64,000 bases of DNA from an uncultured virus (IMG/VR IMGVR_UViG_3300011912_000001) (lineage: Duplodnaviria > Heunggongvirae > Uroviricota > Caudoviricetes): IMG/VR virus record IMGVR_UViG_3300011912_000001; one strand, given 5' to 3'. The notes beneath the pieces were generated by a model. It was not told the origin of the DNA. It did no database searches and worked only from the letters and a program-made list of their open reading frames with translations. Positions 1 through 10,432 of the stretch are shown in pieces. The position numbers were made by a program, and so were the translations under genes. Position 1 is the first letter of the stretch. Each line of letters begins with the position of its first letter.

Positions 1-587
1 TTTCGTAAAGGTAAGCCTCCTTGATATCAGTGAGTGTTGCTTGGCGGTACTGTTCTTTATAGGCGTTGACGACTTCAGTAATCATAGCATGGTAGCTGTG
101 AGACATTGCTAAGACTTGACGTTCTTGGTCCGCTTGTTTTTTATCAGGTGAAAAGAAATGCGGAGTCTGTGGAATCTTGATGATTTTGTCAGCATAAATG
201 CTGAAGAACATGCGATGTTTGAGAGCGACATGATTGTAGATGTCATTGCCTGTATCATTTTTGAATGAATCGCGCATCCGTTGCAAGTCTGACATGAAAT
301 CACGGTAACTGACAGGTTTTTCATTGTACATAAACAAAGGGTCGTCAGGATTATTGCGTCCCATTAGCTTTTTTCCCATATCGAGCAAAACGTCAGTGTA
401 AGGTGTTAGAATTTTGTAAGCGAAGTCAGAGTCATCGTGTTCTTTAAGAGCAGGATTTTCTTCATGATTCAGTGCAGGGTATTTCTTGTAGATACTCAGC
501 ACATANNNNNNNNNNCCAACTATAAATACCATAAGAAGCGACTATAATGATAACTGCTGAAAGTGTGATGATACCAAAAAGTCCCAT
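1..587 (-). CDS. hypothetical membrane-anchored protein (partial; runs off the window; 10-N gap inside)
   Basis: ATG at 587 after GGAGG; N-terminal hydrophobic helix MGLFGIITLSAVIIIVASYGIYSW; frame read by hand is open to base 1. Confidence 0.6.
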
Positions 588-624
588 AATAAATTTCCTC
601 CCTTAAATAAAATACCCTCCTGTG

Positions 625-1464
625 TTACACAAGAGGGTTGTAGATACGTTCGACGGTCATGTTGCGGTGTTCCCCATTGAAGATAGAATCTGTCGTAAAT
701 ACATGGTCAATCGGTGAACCTTCTTCAAGTAGCTTCCCATCGAGGATGACGTTTTCTGCATGCGCAATCAACAAGAAAACATGCTCAAAACCAGCTTCAC
801 GTAAGGCAATGGCCGAATGATAGAAGGTACCACCATAGGAAGACAAGTCATCAATAATCAAGGCGACGCTTCGGTCTTCTGACACTTCACCCATCAGTTG
901 CAAGTCAAGGATTTCACCGGTCTTGAAGTCCCGGTTCTTTTCCGCATATAAGAACTCACCACGGTGATGTCCTTGATGTTCTTTCGCATAACGTTTGACG
1001 GCGCCCGCATCAGGATAGAATAGAACAGGATTTTGACCAGTCTGTCTTTTGACAGAACCAATTGCTTTTGAGACCAGTCCTAGGTCTTTTAGCGAAGAAA
1101 CCATCAAGCGGTCAAAGAGTGCGAGACTGACATTGGAATGCGGCTCTAAGACATGTACATGCCGGAAGTTTAAATCATTGATGAATTTTGCAAAATACTT
1201 GAGCGTAAAGACTTCAATGCCTTCAGTACGGTCCATACGAGAATAAGGAATATACGGCATGACCAAGTCAATGGGCGTCTGTGGATGTGTAATATCCAAA
1301 TGTTTCTTTATCATGAGTAACTGCATCAGTTCGGCATCGCTTTCAAATCGAAGGGTCAACTTAATCCGTTCCGCATATAAAGGAACGGCTCTCGATAAAT
1401 CATAACGAACTTCTCCGTTGGGAAAAGGAATAATCTGAACGGGTTTATCTTCAATAAGTAACAT
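625..1464 (-). CDS. prs: ribose-phosphate pyrophosphokinase-like protein (candidate Adps of NARP1)
   Basis: FPNGE, PYIPYSRMDR, EPHS, PDAGA, KNRD and IIDDLSSYGGTF PRPP-synthetase motifs. Confidence 0.9.
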   Translation of the reverse strand: MLLIEDKPVQIIPFPNGEVRYDLSRAVPLYAERIKLTLRFESDAELMQLLMIKKHLDITHPQTPIDLVMPYIPYSRMDRTEGIEVFTLKYFAKFINDLNFRHVHVLEPHSNVSLALFDRLMVSSLKDLGLVSKAIGSVKRQTGQNPVLFYPDAGAVKRYAKEHQGHHRGEFLYAEKNRDFKTGEILDLQLMGEVSEDRSVALIIDDLSSYGGTFYHSAIALREAGFEHVFLLIAHAENVILDGKLLEEGSPIDHVFTTDSIFNGEHRNMTVERIYNPLV

Positions 1465-1514
1465 GAAAATCCCTCTTTTCTAAAAAAGTAAGGGAGCGCG
1501 AGGCTCCCTCCTTA

Positions 1515-3117
1515 TTACCAGAGACGTGAACGGATGTCCGCTAACGTCTGTGCATTGTAAGCTTGACCATCCTTGAAGATGGTTTGAAGCAAGAGTTCAT
1601 TGCCTTCAGCAAGCAATTTATCTTCGAATTGTTTTTCGGTTGTTGTCGTTAAGTTATCTTGTTTGTGGACGACACCGTCTTTATCTTTCCAGACGACGAC
1701 ACGACCACGCAAGCTGTTCTTTTTCGCATCTGTTTTCGGTTGTTTGAAAATCATCTTCTCAACATTATCGATAACCGTATGCGTGGCTTTCATTGCCATG
1801 TTGAACGTATCACGTGTCGTATATTGATACGAGAACGAACCGACACCGAAGACGACGTTGCTTGCGGCAAAACCTTTAGCGGCAAGGCCAGAAAGAATCG
1901 CTTCCGCGCGTTCCGGTGTGATGCTATCGCCGTAAATCGCTCCGATGTGTGGGTCAAGGACTTTGTAACCTAGTTCATTGACTTCACCATCAAAGATATC
2001 GTAGAGGCACTCGACAAGTCCTTTGCGTTCGAATGGGTTCTCTGCTTCCGGGTTTCCGACTAAGACAAGAACTGGGTCACCACTATCAGGGCGGATGACG
2101 ACTTTGCCGTCACGTCCTAAGATAACGTCTTTGAGCGCTGGAATCGTGTGTTCGATGTTGCCCCAGAAATCATACGTATCCGATACAATGGAAACGAGTC
2201 CTTCTGGATAAACGACCGTAATCAGACGTTCAAACGTTGAGAGTTCATCTTGACCGTAGGCGCTCATGACAGAGTGTTCTGTAGCTGGAATCGATGCGCC
2301 CACAAGTTCTTTCGTATAATCAGCGAAGTAATTATCTCGAAGGTACATGANNNNNNNNNNNNNNNNNNNNNNNNNNNNNNNNNNNNNNNNNNNNNNNNNN
2401 NNNNNNNNNNNNNNNNNNNNNNNNNNNNNNNNNNNNNNNNNNNNNNNNNNNNNNNNNNNNNNNNNNNNNNNNNNNNNNNNNNNNNNCCATCATCCCACGC
2501 ATACTGAAGTCATGGAACTGGAAGCCAAGATGGTCGGTGTTCCCGTTCGTTTCCATGGCCCATTTCTCACCGATTTGACGGTAACGACGCGCGATGGTTG
2601 CGGCAGTCGAAGGATGCCAGAGTTCAGCTGAAAGTGCGGTTTCCAAGAAGTTCGTCAACCAATAGAAGTATGGATAGCCTTCTGGATTCGTGTTCTCTGC
2701 CACCATCATCGGTGTACCGAATGGAACGATAGTCCCTTCTGGAACCGCTTTGATTTCAAGAGGAAGATAGCCTAGCTCATGAATGGCTTCGATGTGGCTT
2801 TTGTCCGCATCTTCAATCATCATCGTACAAAGTAAGAATTCCTTGTATTCGGCTTTAATCTCTTCAATCGGACGTTTAAAGAAATTGTCTTCCATATAAT
2901 CAAGTAAGAATTCATAGGTAAACCCTTGGAAACCGAAGGCGACGACGCCATCTTGAATAGCGGGAATACGCGTGCCACGTGGAATCCATGTCGTATAGAC
3001 CGTTTCCGTACCTTCAGGATACTGAGCCCGGTGTGATAGTTTATAGAAATCACACATGAGGAAAGGAATGGTCTTATAAGCGCGGCGGGTACGAGTCGTT
3101 GGGATAAGTGATGTCAT
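1515..3117 (-). CDS. nadV: nicotinamide phosphoribosyltransferase-like protein (candidate Namat of NARP1); one gene broken by the N gap
   Basis: DFYKLSH, HDFSMRG, IPATEHS, VSDTYD, RPDSGDP, YGDSIT and GVGSF motifs across the two ORF pieces. Confidence 0.9.
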
Positions 3118-3149
3118 GAGAGAAAACTCCTTTGGCAGTAGGTTTAGTG

Positions 3150-3713
3150 TTAAAGTGAAAGATTCGGTTTGTTGGTAGGATGAAAACTATTCGTGACAAA
3201 GTGTTCAAGTTCGTTAAAGAACTCATTGACCACTCTTGTTGTGTTTTCAGCAACTTTCGGGTCAATTTTTCGTTCGTAGATATGAAGGGTTTGAACCTCT
3301 TGTGTGATACGTTTTCTCAAAGAAGCGTAGCTCGTATCTTCAATGAGCTCAAAGTATTGAGCGTCCACATCATAATATTTCAACTTATTGAGAAAAGAAA
3401 AATCAGAGATAGAAATAACATCATTTCGAAATAGTTTTTCAAAGAAAGGCTCGACTTCATTATTAGCAACTCCGATTTCTTTATGATAAGAATCAAGGAA
3501 TTTGTAGTAAGAAAAAAGAGTATTGGTAGAACCATACAATGGTACGAGAATCAGCTTATCTCCTAGGAGACTGTCATCATGGACTTCTTCGTCAGTGAAG
3601 GAGTTGTAAACTTTGAGGACAAGACCTATAAAAGCATAGGCTTCTTTTGTATAAGCATAACGCGTATTGGTGCTAATGGTGGCGCGGACGATTTGTCCGG
3701 GTTTGAAGTTCAT
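3150..3713 (-). CDS. hypothetical, family A (FKPGQIVRA start, PNLSL end)
   Basis: ORF with RBS; start moved to MNFKPG. Confidence 0.75.
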   Translation of the reverse strand: MNFKPGQIVRATISTNTRYAYTKEAYAFIGLVLKVYNSFTDEEVHDDSLLGDKLILVPLYGSTNTLFSYYKFLDSYHKEIGVANNEVEPFFEKLFRNDVISISDFSFLNKLKYYDVDAQYFELIEDTSYASLRKRITQEVQTLHIYERKIDPKVAENTTRVVNEFFNELEHFVTNSFHPTNKPNLSL

Positions 3714-3729
3714 TGGAAGCACTCCTTTC

Positions 3730-3912
3730 TTAAGCAAGACGTTGTTGCTCAAAAGCTTCAGCGATAACCGTGTTGATAATCGGGTTGTCGTTTGGCGTCG
3801 TTGCCTCCAAGCAAATCAAGTCGATAACAGGTAACGTGCGTAAGACATCTTGCAATTGTCCAAGTTCGCGCATACCTCCTTGTTTTACAGCTGTAATCAG
3901 TTCGTGTACCAT
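3730..3912 (-). CDS. small hypothetical protein
   Basis: AGGAGG RBS before MVHEL. Confidence 0.6.
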   Translation of the reverse strand: MVHELITAVKQGGMRELGQLQDVLRTLPVIDLICLEATTPNDNPIINTVIAEAFEQQRLA

Positions 3913-3926
3913 CAGTAGACCTCCTT

Positions 3927-4550
3927 TCAAAGAGAGAGTTGGGGTGTCGATGAAATATCCATCGGTTTACTTAAGAAGAGCGGAAGAAGATGGTAAAACT
4001 TTTCAAGTTCGTCTCGTTGAACCATATTTCTTTCTCTAGGTCTTCCTATCATATCATAAGAAATTTCTTTCAACTTATCCGGCGTCGGATGGCCAAGGGG
4101 AACGAAATGAGATTGCTCGACGGCGAAACCATTCAAACCAAGAGAAAGAAAATAAGAAATATTCGAAGGAACAGTAGGATTGAATAACGTTTGTAAAGCG
4201 TTACGAAATTCAGAGATTCTAACCGTTTTTGAGTTTCCATAGAAATACAAGTCCATGGAAATCGGAATGTTTTCTTGCCTATTTAAATACGGGTGAAGTT
4301 GTTCCATAATAAAAAGAAGGGAAAGGTCTGCCGCATACAAAGGAATCATTTCAAAAGCTTTTGAAGCATATTCACGCTCTTCATCGCTCGCTTCTTCCTC
4401 TGAAACATAGTATTCGTCACCATCTTCATCTTCGTCGATATAACCAAGAGCGCAGACGATACCGATGAAGGCATTGTCAAAAGTCGTAATCGAATATTGA
4501 TGGACATCTTCTTTTGCGCGGAAAAAATCTCCTAGCTTAGGTTTATACAT
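3927..4550 (-). CDS. hypothetical, family A (KLGDFFRAK start, PQLSL end)
   Basis: AGGAGG RBS before MYKPK. Confidence 0.75.
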   Translation of the reverse strand: MYKPKLGDFFRAKEDVHQYSITTFDNAFIGIVCALGYIDEDEDGDEYYVSEEEASDEEREYASKAFEMIPLYAADLSLLFIMEQLHPYLNRQENIPISMDLYFYGNSKTVRISEFRNALQTLFNPTVPSNISYFLSLGLNGFAVEQSHFVPLGHPTPDKLKEISYDMIGRPRERNMVQRDELEKFYHLLPLFLSKPMDISSTPQLSL

Positions 4551-4563
4551 AAAAATCCTCCTT

Positions 4564-5106
4564 TCATAGAGAGAGCTTCGGGCGAAGTTCAGGAGAAACA
4601 TTAAGAGAGTGTACATGCTTCATCAGAATTAAAAATTGTTTTAAGTTAGATGCAAATTCTTGTGGTGGTAAAGAATTGATTTCATATTTAAATTTGTGTT
4701 CACGAAAAGAGTATTGTACCATGTCTTTCGCATCTTTTACGATTTGTTCGGGGCTTGACCCATTTGCGAGTTCAAAGTAGCGAGCTTCAACGACATACGC
4801 ATAATCTGTATCCATGAAAAATTGAGGAACTTTTTCTTCGGGGTAAGCTTCTGTCGGATTCGAGAACGCGTGACGAAGAAAATGGAATAAGGGTGCAGAT
4901 GTATCGTTCTTTGGATTTAAAAGCGTTTTATTGTAGCGGGTAGGATTACAAGAACCCTCAGAAAAGAATCCACAGACTTCAATTTCTCCTAAGGGTCTGA
5001 CCGAAACCACAACCCCATGAAAACCGCGAATGGGCGTTGTAATCGCATATTTGCCAATACTGTCTCGTTTGGCACGAACAAGGTCTCCGACTTTAAAAGA
5101 TGTCAT
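4564..5106 (-). CDS. hypothetical, family A (FKVGDLVRAK start, PKLSL end)
   Basis: ORF with RBS; N-terminus resembles neighbours. Confidence 0.75.
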   Translation of the reverse strand: MTSFKVGDLVRAKRDSIGKYAITTPIRGFHGVVVSVRPLGEIEVCGFFSEGSCNPTRYNKTLLNPKNDTSAPLFHFLRHAFSNPTEAYPEEKVPQFFMDTDYAYVVEARYFELANGSSPEQIVKDAKDMVQYSFREHKFKYEINSLPPQEFASNLKQFLILMKHVHSLNVSPELRPKLSL

Positions 5107-5121
5107 AAAAAAGCTCCTTTC

Positions 5122-5637
5122 TCATAAATTAAGGCGCGGGTGTTCCGTCGACTGAAAATCAATATGCCGAAGATAAAATGAACGGTTCTTTCCTCGTGAA
5201 GAACTTCCAAAGTGATTATGAAACAAGAACATGGCTCTGTCGTAGGCTTCAAGGATACTAGCCATGTCATTATCTTTAGCAATACGACCTTCATGTCCAA
5301 AACCGATGTAGCGGATGAGTTTGTTTTTGGAACGAGGAAGTGGCAGTTGTTGTCCTAGCATATAATAGGAAGCGGACTCAGACATGGTATCTTTCGTAAA
5401 AGGAGAAGTGTAAGAGAATACAACTTCAGGAGTATAGAAACGACCGATTCCAATCTGTACTCTCCTGTTTTGATAACGAAGAAGGACCACGGAAGGTTCT
5501 TCTCGAATTGAAAAGTGTACAAAGACTGGAAGTTCCATCCAAAATTCTTCCTGTGCTCGATTCGATTGTTGCACGAAAGTCGAAAAGATTTGTCGAACCT
5601 CAGATAGATGTTCGCTTAATGGGCGTTCGGTATGCAT
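5122..5637 (-). CDS. hypothetical, family B (ELP..GIGR..FSY; PRLNL end)
   Basis: ORF with RBS; motifs shared with 6660, 7219 and 7813. Confidence 0.75.
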   Translation of the reverse strand: MHTERPLSEHLSEVRQIFSTFVQQSNRAQEEFWMELPVFVHFSIREEPSVVLLRYQNRRVQIGIGRFYTPEVVFSYTSPFTKDTMSESASYYMLGQQLPLPRSKNKLIRYIGFGHEGRIAKDNDMASILEAYDRAMFLFHNHFGSSSRGKNRSFYLRHIDFQSTEHPRLNL

Positions 5638-5657
5638 AGGAGTCTCCTTTCAAAATA

Positions 5658-6605
5658 TTAGCCAGAATAATGAAAAGCTTTTGTCGCAACTTCTTTGATG
5701 TAAGGTAAATCGAGGGTGCCATTCTTTCCAATGCGTAGGGAATCATTGATGTAGTGCGCGATTGTAGGGAAGTAGAATGGATGGCAACAGAGTTGGGTCA
5801 AGTCAATGTTGTGTTCTTTCATGAAACCAAATAAAGCAGTCAAGCGGAGGGATTGGAACATTAAGACTTTTTCGTCTAAGTCATAGATGACAAAGGACGA
5901 ATGCAATTTTGCGATACCAAAACGCATGTGCGTGTAAACAGGAGGTAGGTTGGTCATGTTTAGATTGTGTGTACGTTTTAGGAATTCTTGTTTGGTAATC
6001 GTCTCTGTTTTCTTATTAAGTGGAATGTATTGAGGAACCGGCATCGTCACCGAAGAAGCTTTCGATTTCGGCATCCCGTGCTTCAAATTAGAAACGACAG
6101 CTTTTTCAACACGACTTCGGTGGAATTCTGTGGTAGCGCCAGACGGTTTTGCGACATTTGCATTAAGACGAGTTAAGTCTTCATCAAGAGATGTTGCCAA
6201 ATCATAGGCTTCGAAGGTCCGGTAATTGTAAGTGAACTTTTTGGAAGTAGGACAAATGTACTTTTGGAAGCTTTTTAGCATAGCATGCGCCCACTCTTGA
6301 TTCTGGTCACACCATGTCACAATGTTTTTTGTACGACGGCGTTGAATCAATAATTGGCGTTGACGGGAAGCAATCTTCGTTAACTCGACAGCCGTACAAT
6401 TTAAGAATTCCAATGTGTGCATATTATCTGTTGAAATCAAGTCATTGGTGACGACATACTGTAACGCTTGTTCTTTTAAGACGTCCATTTGTTGCAATTG
6501 TTCTTGTAACATTCTAAGTGTTTCCGCGATGTCTAATTGTAAGGCATCGACGGAATCCGAAAAGTTCATCACATCTTGGATGTGAGCATCATATGAGCTA
6601 ACCAA
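5658..6605 (-). CDS. hypothetical protein with N-terminal coiled coil
   Basis: 315-aa ORF; TTG start after GGAGG. Confidence 0.7.
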   Translation of the reverse strand: MVSSYDAHIQDVMNFSDSVDALQLDIAETLRMLQEQLQQMDVLKEQALQYVVTNDLISTDNMHTLEFLNCTAVELTKIASRQRQLLIQRRRTKNIVTWCDQNQEWAHAMLKSFQKYICPTSKKFTYNYRTFEAYDLATSLDEDLTRLNANVAKPSGATTEFHRSRVEKAVVSNLKHGMPKSKASSVTMPVPQYIPLNKKTETITKQEFLKRTHNLNMTNLPPVYTHMRFGIAKLHSSFVIYDLDEKVLMFQSLRLTALFGFMKEHNIDLTQLCCHPFYFPTIAHYINDSLRIGKNGTLDLPYIKEVATKAFHYSG

Positions 6606-6617
6606 AATACATAACCT

Positions 6618-6646
6618 CCTATAGGAAGAAGGGGCGTAGCCCCGGC
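6618..6646 (-). promoter_or_regulatory. hairpin element copy (GGGGC-GTA-GCCCC), divergent flanks
   Basis: same stem and loop as the 14.9-22 kb copies; sits just upstream of an RBS; could also act as a terminator. Confidence 0.45.
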
Positions 6647-6659
6647 TTTCTTTTTTATT

Positions 6660-7202
6660 TTAAAGCAAGGAACGTGGAGCAAAGGGAGATTGAAAAGAAA
6701 AAGTATCGAGATATGATTCACGGTCATCGAACTTGATGATAGTATTTGAAAACGTCCTGTTCAGAAATCGTTGGATATTTTGACAAAGTGAAGAAGGGAA
6801 ACTAGGAGAATCGATGGAAGCAAACACATCATTCGTAGAAAGAAAATGAGCCATTTTCAACCCCACGTGTTGGAAAGCTTCTTCCGATTGATTCGGAGTT
6901 AACGGGGTGATTTGATTAAAAGGGACATAGAAGAAAGGAGCTGGATAAGGGTGATAATGTAAAGAATGACTGTAAGAGAAAATTAAATCATCTTCTACTA
7001 AGCGTCCGACGCCAATTCGAACCTTGTATCGCCCTTCTTGGTTAGTGAAGACGACAGCAAGGTGATAGAATTTGGATTGCATTCCAACAAGAACAGGAAG
7101 CTCAAGATAATAAGGAATATTGGGGACGAAGTTCGTATGGGCAATAAAGTGAGCTATCTTTTTCTCGATGAATGACATTTTTTCAGGAGGATAGATATGC
7201 AC
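6660..7202 (-). CDS. hypothetical, family B (PRSLL end)
   Basis: LELPVL, GVGRL, FSYS. Confidence 0.75.
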   Translation of the reverse strand: MHIYPPEKMSFIEKKIAHFIAHTNFVPNIPYYLELPVLVGMQSKFYHLAVVFTNQEGRYKVRIGVGRLVEDDLIFSYSHSLHYHPYPAPFFYVPFNQITPLTPNQSEEAFQHVGLKMAHFLSTNDVFASIDSPSFPSSLCQNIQRFLNRTFSNTIIKFDDRESYLDTFSFQSPFAPRSLL

Positions 7203-7218
7203 AAGAAAAACTCCTTTC

Positions 7219-7800
7219 TTAAAGAGAAGTCGGTGGCATCGCTGATGGGAAGTGATTTTTCCGCATGAACAGATTAAGATAATTCTTACTTAGATATAAG
7301 TTATCAAAATGGGAACAAAAAGACTGAAACTGTTCTTTCAAAAAAAGTTTAGCTTCATCTTTTTCTAAATAAAGAGAAAGAGAGGTTTTTATATGAGCGC
7401 CTCCAAAGCCAGCCATTTCAATAGGGTTAGAGAAAGCATTAAAAGGCAATACCTCGTCCTTTAGTGAAATAAAAGAAGCTTCATGATGTAAGCTCGTATA
7501 ACTAAAGATGTTCTCTACTTTAAATTGTTCGTGTTCAAACGAAACTGCTGTTCGACCTAATACAAAAGCTAAGGAAAAATAAGTCGTGTCAGGTTTAATA
7601 TATGCAGTATACCGAAAAGAAATGAAACATAAAGGTTGAGTATAGCCTGTCTGAATCAAAGCCGGTAATTCCATTAGAAAAGAAGTATTGGAACGAGCAT
7701 GGTGTTTTAAACGTTCAAAGAAAACATCAAAAAAAGCATCTATGAAAACATCGGAGGACTCTACAGGTTTGATTCCATAAGGCATGTCCATAATAATCAA
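7219..7800 (-). CDS. hypothetical, family B (PPTSL end)
   Basis: MELPAL, VLGR, FSYTS. Confidence 0.72.
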   Translation of the reverse strand: MIIMDMPYGIKPVESSDVFIDAFFDVFFERLKHHARSNTSFLMELPALIQTGYTQPLCFISFRYTAYIKPDTTYFSLAFVLGRTAVSFEHEQFKVENIFSYTSLHHEASFISLKDEVLPFNAFSNPIEMAGFGGAHIKTSLSLYLEKDEAKLFLKEQFQSFCSHFDNLYLSKNYLNLFMRKNHFPSAMPPTSL

Positions 7801-7812
7801 CAGGCTCCTTTC

Positions 7813-8307
7813 TTATAAAAAGAGTTTGGGGGCGGAGATAGGGGCGAATACAGAGAAGAAAGCAGGATAAAATTCAGGGAAAAATTGAAACTGATAGGCG
7901 GCATAGAAATCATGCATGGAGAAAAAAGTTTCTGCATATCCTTGTCGAGTTTTTAAGTTGTCTCTAGAATGCAAAGGGGCGTATTTTAATTCGAAGTCGG
8001 TATCTGCTGGTCGAAGAAATATGCCATTAACATGACGATAAAGAGAAGTGTTCCCTAAAGAAACATGACTGTATGAAGAATAAGAAAATTCCTGACGATT
8101 TGCAAACAAACGTCCGACACCTAACATGAGATATTTTTTACCACCAGTAAAACTAGCAGTCACGACGTGGTCACGAAAGGAAATCGGAAGCTCGACACAA
8201 AGTACAGAATCCTTCTCTAATTGAGGAAAATAGTTTTGATGGATATTGAAAAGATGATGAAAAATGCGTTGAACGTCTTGGATTTCTTCTTGTGTTAACG
8301 AGGGCAT
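7813..8307 (-). CDS. hypothetical, family B (PKLFL end)
   Basis: VELPIS, GVGRL, FSYSS. Confidence 0.75.
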   Translation of the reverse strand: MPSLTQEEIQDVQRIFHHLFNIHQNYFPQLEKDSVLCVELPISFRDHVVTASFTGGKKYLMLGVGRLFANRQEFSYSSYSHVSLGNTSLYRHVNGIFLRPADTDFELKYAPLHSRDNLKTRQGYAETFFSMHDFYAAYQFQFFPEFYPAFFSVFAPISAPKLFL

Positions 8308-8497
8308 AATTTTCTCCTTTCCGTGTGCAATTTAAACAAATAGTACGTATTAAATAAAGTAAGACCTCCTAAAAGCAGGAAATGGAAGAACAAATAGAAC
8401 AAGAGAAGCCGGAAACCGCATGGTTAAGCCATTTACCATTAAATGGAAAGAAAAGCGTAACGGTAGTAGGTAAGTGCGATTTCCAGACGAATTGCCG

Positions 8498-9046
8498 TCA
8501 TAATTTTGGTAGATTGGAGATGCGCACAGGACGGACAAGGCTTTGGTTTCTGAAGACAGGATGGCAATCTTTGAAGTAATGGTAGTCTTCAGGTAAGAGA
8601 TAATATACGAGTTCAGGTACGTAGTACGTGCGGTCTCGTTGAGCGACTCTGGTTGGAGTATGAACACCTAAAGAGCGGGACACATAACGGGTTTCTGGAA
8701 CCGGCATTGAAAGTTTGGATTCGATGATATCGTCGTCATTGTCATTGTCACTACGACGGAATGAAAATTGATGGTAGCCCATCTCAAAGAAATTGACCAT
8801 CAAAGAATAATTTTTTGTCGTGTTGTACTTTGAAATTTTTTTAACATCGAGGACAAAAACAAAAGGAGGATTGTCAACAGAATGATTGAGCTTGTTTGCC
8901 TCATAGGTATCGTAGCAATGTTCGTGTCGATAGCGTTCACGATAGAAAGCTCCGCGTTCAGAAATAAAACGTTCGTAAGCGGTAAGAAACAATGAGTTCT
9001 CGTTGTTGAAGAAAAGGAACTTCCTTAGTTCATTTAAAGTAGGCAT
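8498..9046 (-). CDS. hypothetical protein (LPKL end)
   Basis: likely start MPTL after GAAGGAAG. Confidence 0.6.
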   Translation of the reverse strand: MPTLNELRKFLFFNNENSLFLTAYERFISERGAFYRERYRHEHCYDTYEANKLNHSVDNPPFVFVLDVKKISKYNTTKNYSLMVNFFEMGYHQFSFRRSDNDNDDDIIESKLSMPVPETRYVSRSLGVHTPTRVAQRDRTYYVPELVYYLLPEDYHYFKDCHPVFRNQSLVRPVRISNLPKL

Positions 9047-9107
9047 GTACATCTTCCTTCCATGATTATAATGTTTCGATGATATCTTCCATGAGCAAAT
9101 TCCTTTC

Positions 9108-9599
9108 TTAAAGTCGAGCGGTCGGCGTCGTCGCCGATTTAAAGCTAGAAAGTAAAGCATAATCATAGCAGAAAGAAATTTTATGAAGGGGTTTTGCCCA
9201 CGGACTTCGTTCCGCATTGAGTTGATTTAAACGAGACACAGCCTTTTCCATGGTCAGAACCTTTTCAACATGTGCTGTTCGAATGACATAACGCCTACCG
9301 ATACCTCCGGGGACAAGACTCCAAATTTGACGTCCAAGAGCGGCGGTCGGATGATGCATGAATTGTACTAAAAGCGATTGAAATGACCCATCTTTGTCTT
9401 CGAAATAACCAAGAAGGGATTCATGGGAGTGAAGGGTTAAAACCATTACTTTTTGGTCAAGCACTTTTTCTCCTTGGCACTCAATGTAATCCATCCTGAA
9501 GTCAAGGATGACGGCAAAATAGTAATTAGAAACAGTAGTAGCGTACCCAGATTCAGGGTTAATGCCGTAGACGATATCACCGATAGCAAAAGACATCAT
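9108..9599 (-). CDS. hypothetical, family A (FAIGDIVYG start, PTARL end)
   Basis: ORF with RBS. Confidence 0.7.
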   Translation of the reverse strand: MMSFAIGDIVYGINPESGYATTVSNYYFAVILDFRMDYIECQGEKVLDQKVMVLTLHSHESLLGYFEDKDGSFQSLLVQFMHHPTAALGRQIWSLVPGGIGRRYVIRTAHVEKVLTMEKAVSRLNQLNAERSPWAKPLHKISFCYDYALLSSFKSATTPTARL

Positions 9600-9611
9600 G
9601 CATCTCCTTTC

Positions 9612-10112
9612 TTACAAGTTCAATCGGATACGAGACGGTTTGAAATGGCGCATGAAGGTGAATTCCAATTGTTGAAGCAAAGGCAACACATGTTCATTGA
9701 AAAGTTCAAGCTCGCCTTTTTGTTCGGCATGTGCTTGCAAAAGAGAAGTGACACGGCGAAAATCGTTTAGACTTACAATTTGATTATCAAAAGATATGAT
9801 TCCTGTGGTAAAAGCATAGAGGCTGTAAACATGGCTTGCGTCATGAGGTGAAAGGGAGGTGTAACATTCAGAAAAAATACTGTAACGACCTTTTGTACCG
9901 CTCATCCATTCCTTATAATCTTGAATGAATGCATCTTTTGTTTCTTGACTATGAAGATGGAGAGGAGTCGCAATACTATCATACTTTCCAAAAGGGTGTC
10001 TGGAATCATAGAGAACAATGCATTCCATCGTCTTCTTAAACAATTGAATAGGAACGAAAATGTAATGATTGTCATGATGAGTAGTATGGAGAATCATACC
10101 GGGTTCTATCAT
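9612..10112 (-). CDS. hypothetical, family A-like (IEPGMIL start, IRLNL end)
   Basis: ORF with RBS. Confidence 0.7.
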   Translation of the reverse strand: MIEPGMILHTTHHDNHYIFVPIQLFKKTMECIVLYDSRHPFGKYDSIATPLHLHSQETKDAFIQDYKEWMSGTKGRYSIFSECYTSLSPHDASHVYSLYAFTTGIISFDNQIVSLNDFRRVTSLLQAHAEQKGELELFNEHVLPLLQQLEFTFMRHFKPSRIRLNL

Positions 10113-10124
10113 AAAAATCCCTCC

Positions 10125-10418
10125 TTAGAATAAAGCCCAGTCGATATAGATGACTTCTGGTAAGTCTTCATACCATCTGTATTGGTAATCCTTTTCGTTC
10201 AATTTTTTGAATAGATACGGAAGAATTTTTTTGTTCTCGAAACCTTCCGGGGAAATCCGATAGCTGAGTTTGGTATCGCCTTCTTTTGCGGCTCCGATGA
10301 TTTCTTGAAGCATGCGACGAAGCTCGATGGTTTTGAGTTCTTTCGTTGAAAGCGGAACATCCGGGAAACGTCGATATTCTGTCCATTCTTCGACTTGACG
10401 AGCGTTTGGTAAATGCAT
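10125..10418 (-). CDS. hypothetical, family C (terminal Trp motif)
   Basis: AAKEG ... DYQY ... IYIDW. Confidence 0.7.
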   Translation of the reverse strand: MHLPNARQVEEWTEYRRFPDVPLSTKELKTIELRRMLQEIIGAAKEGDTKLSYRISPEGFENKKILPYLFKKLNEKDYQYRWYEDLPEVIYIDWALF

Positions 10419-10432
10419 AATAAAAAACCTCC

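Noticed and set aside
2332..2486. Frameshift or split in the NAMPT-like gene
   Set aside because: The frame change falls across a 136-N assembly gap of estimated length; motifs on both sides form one enzyme.
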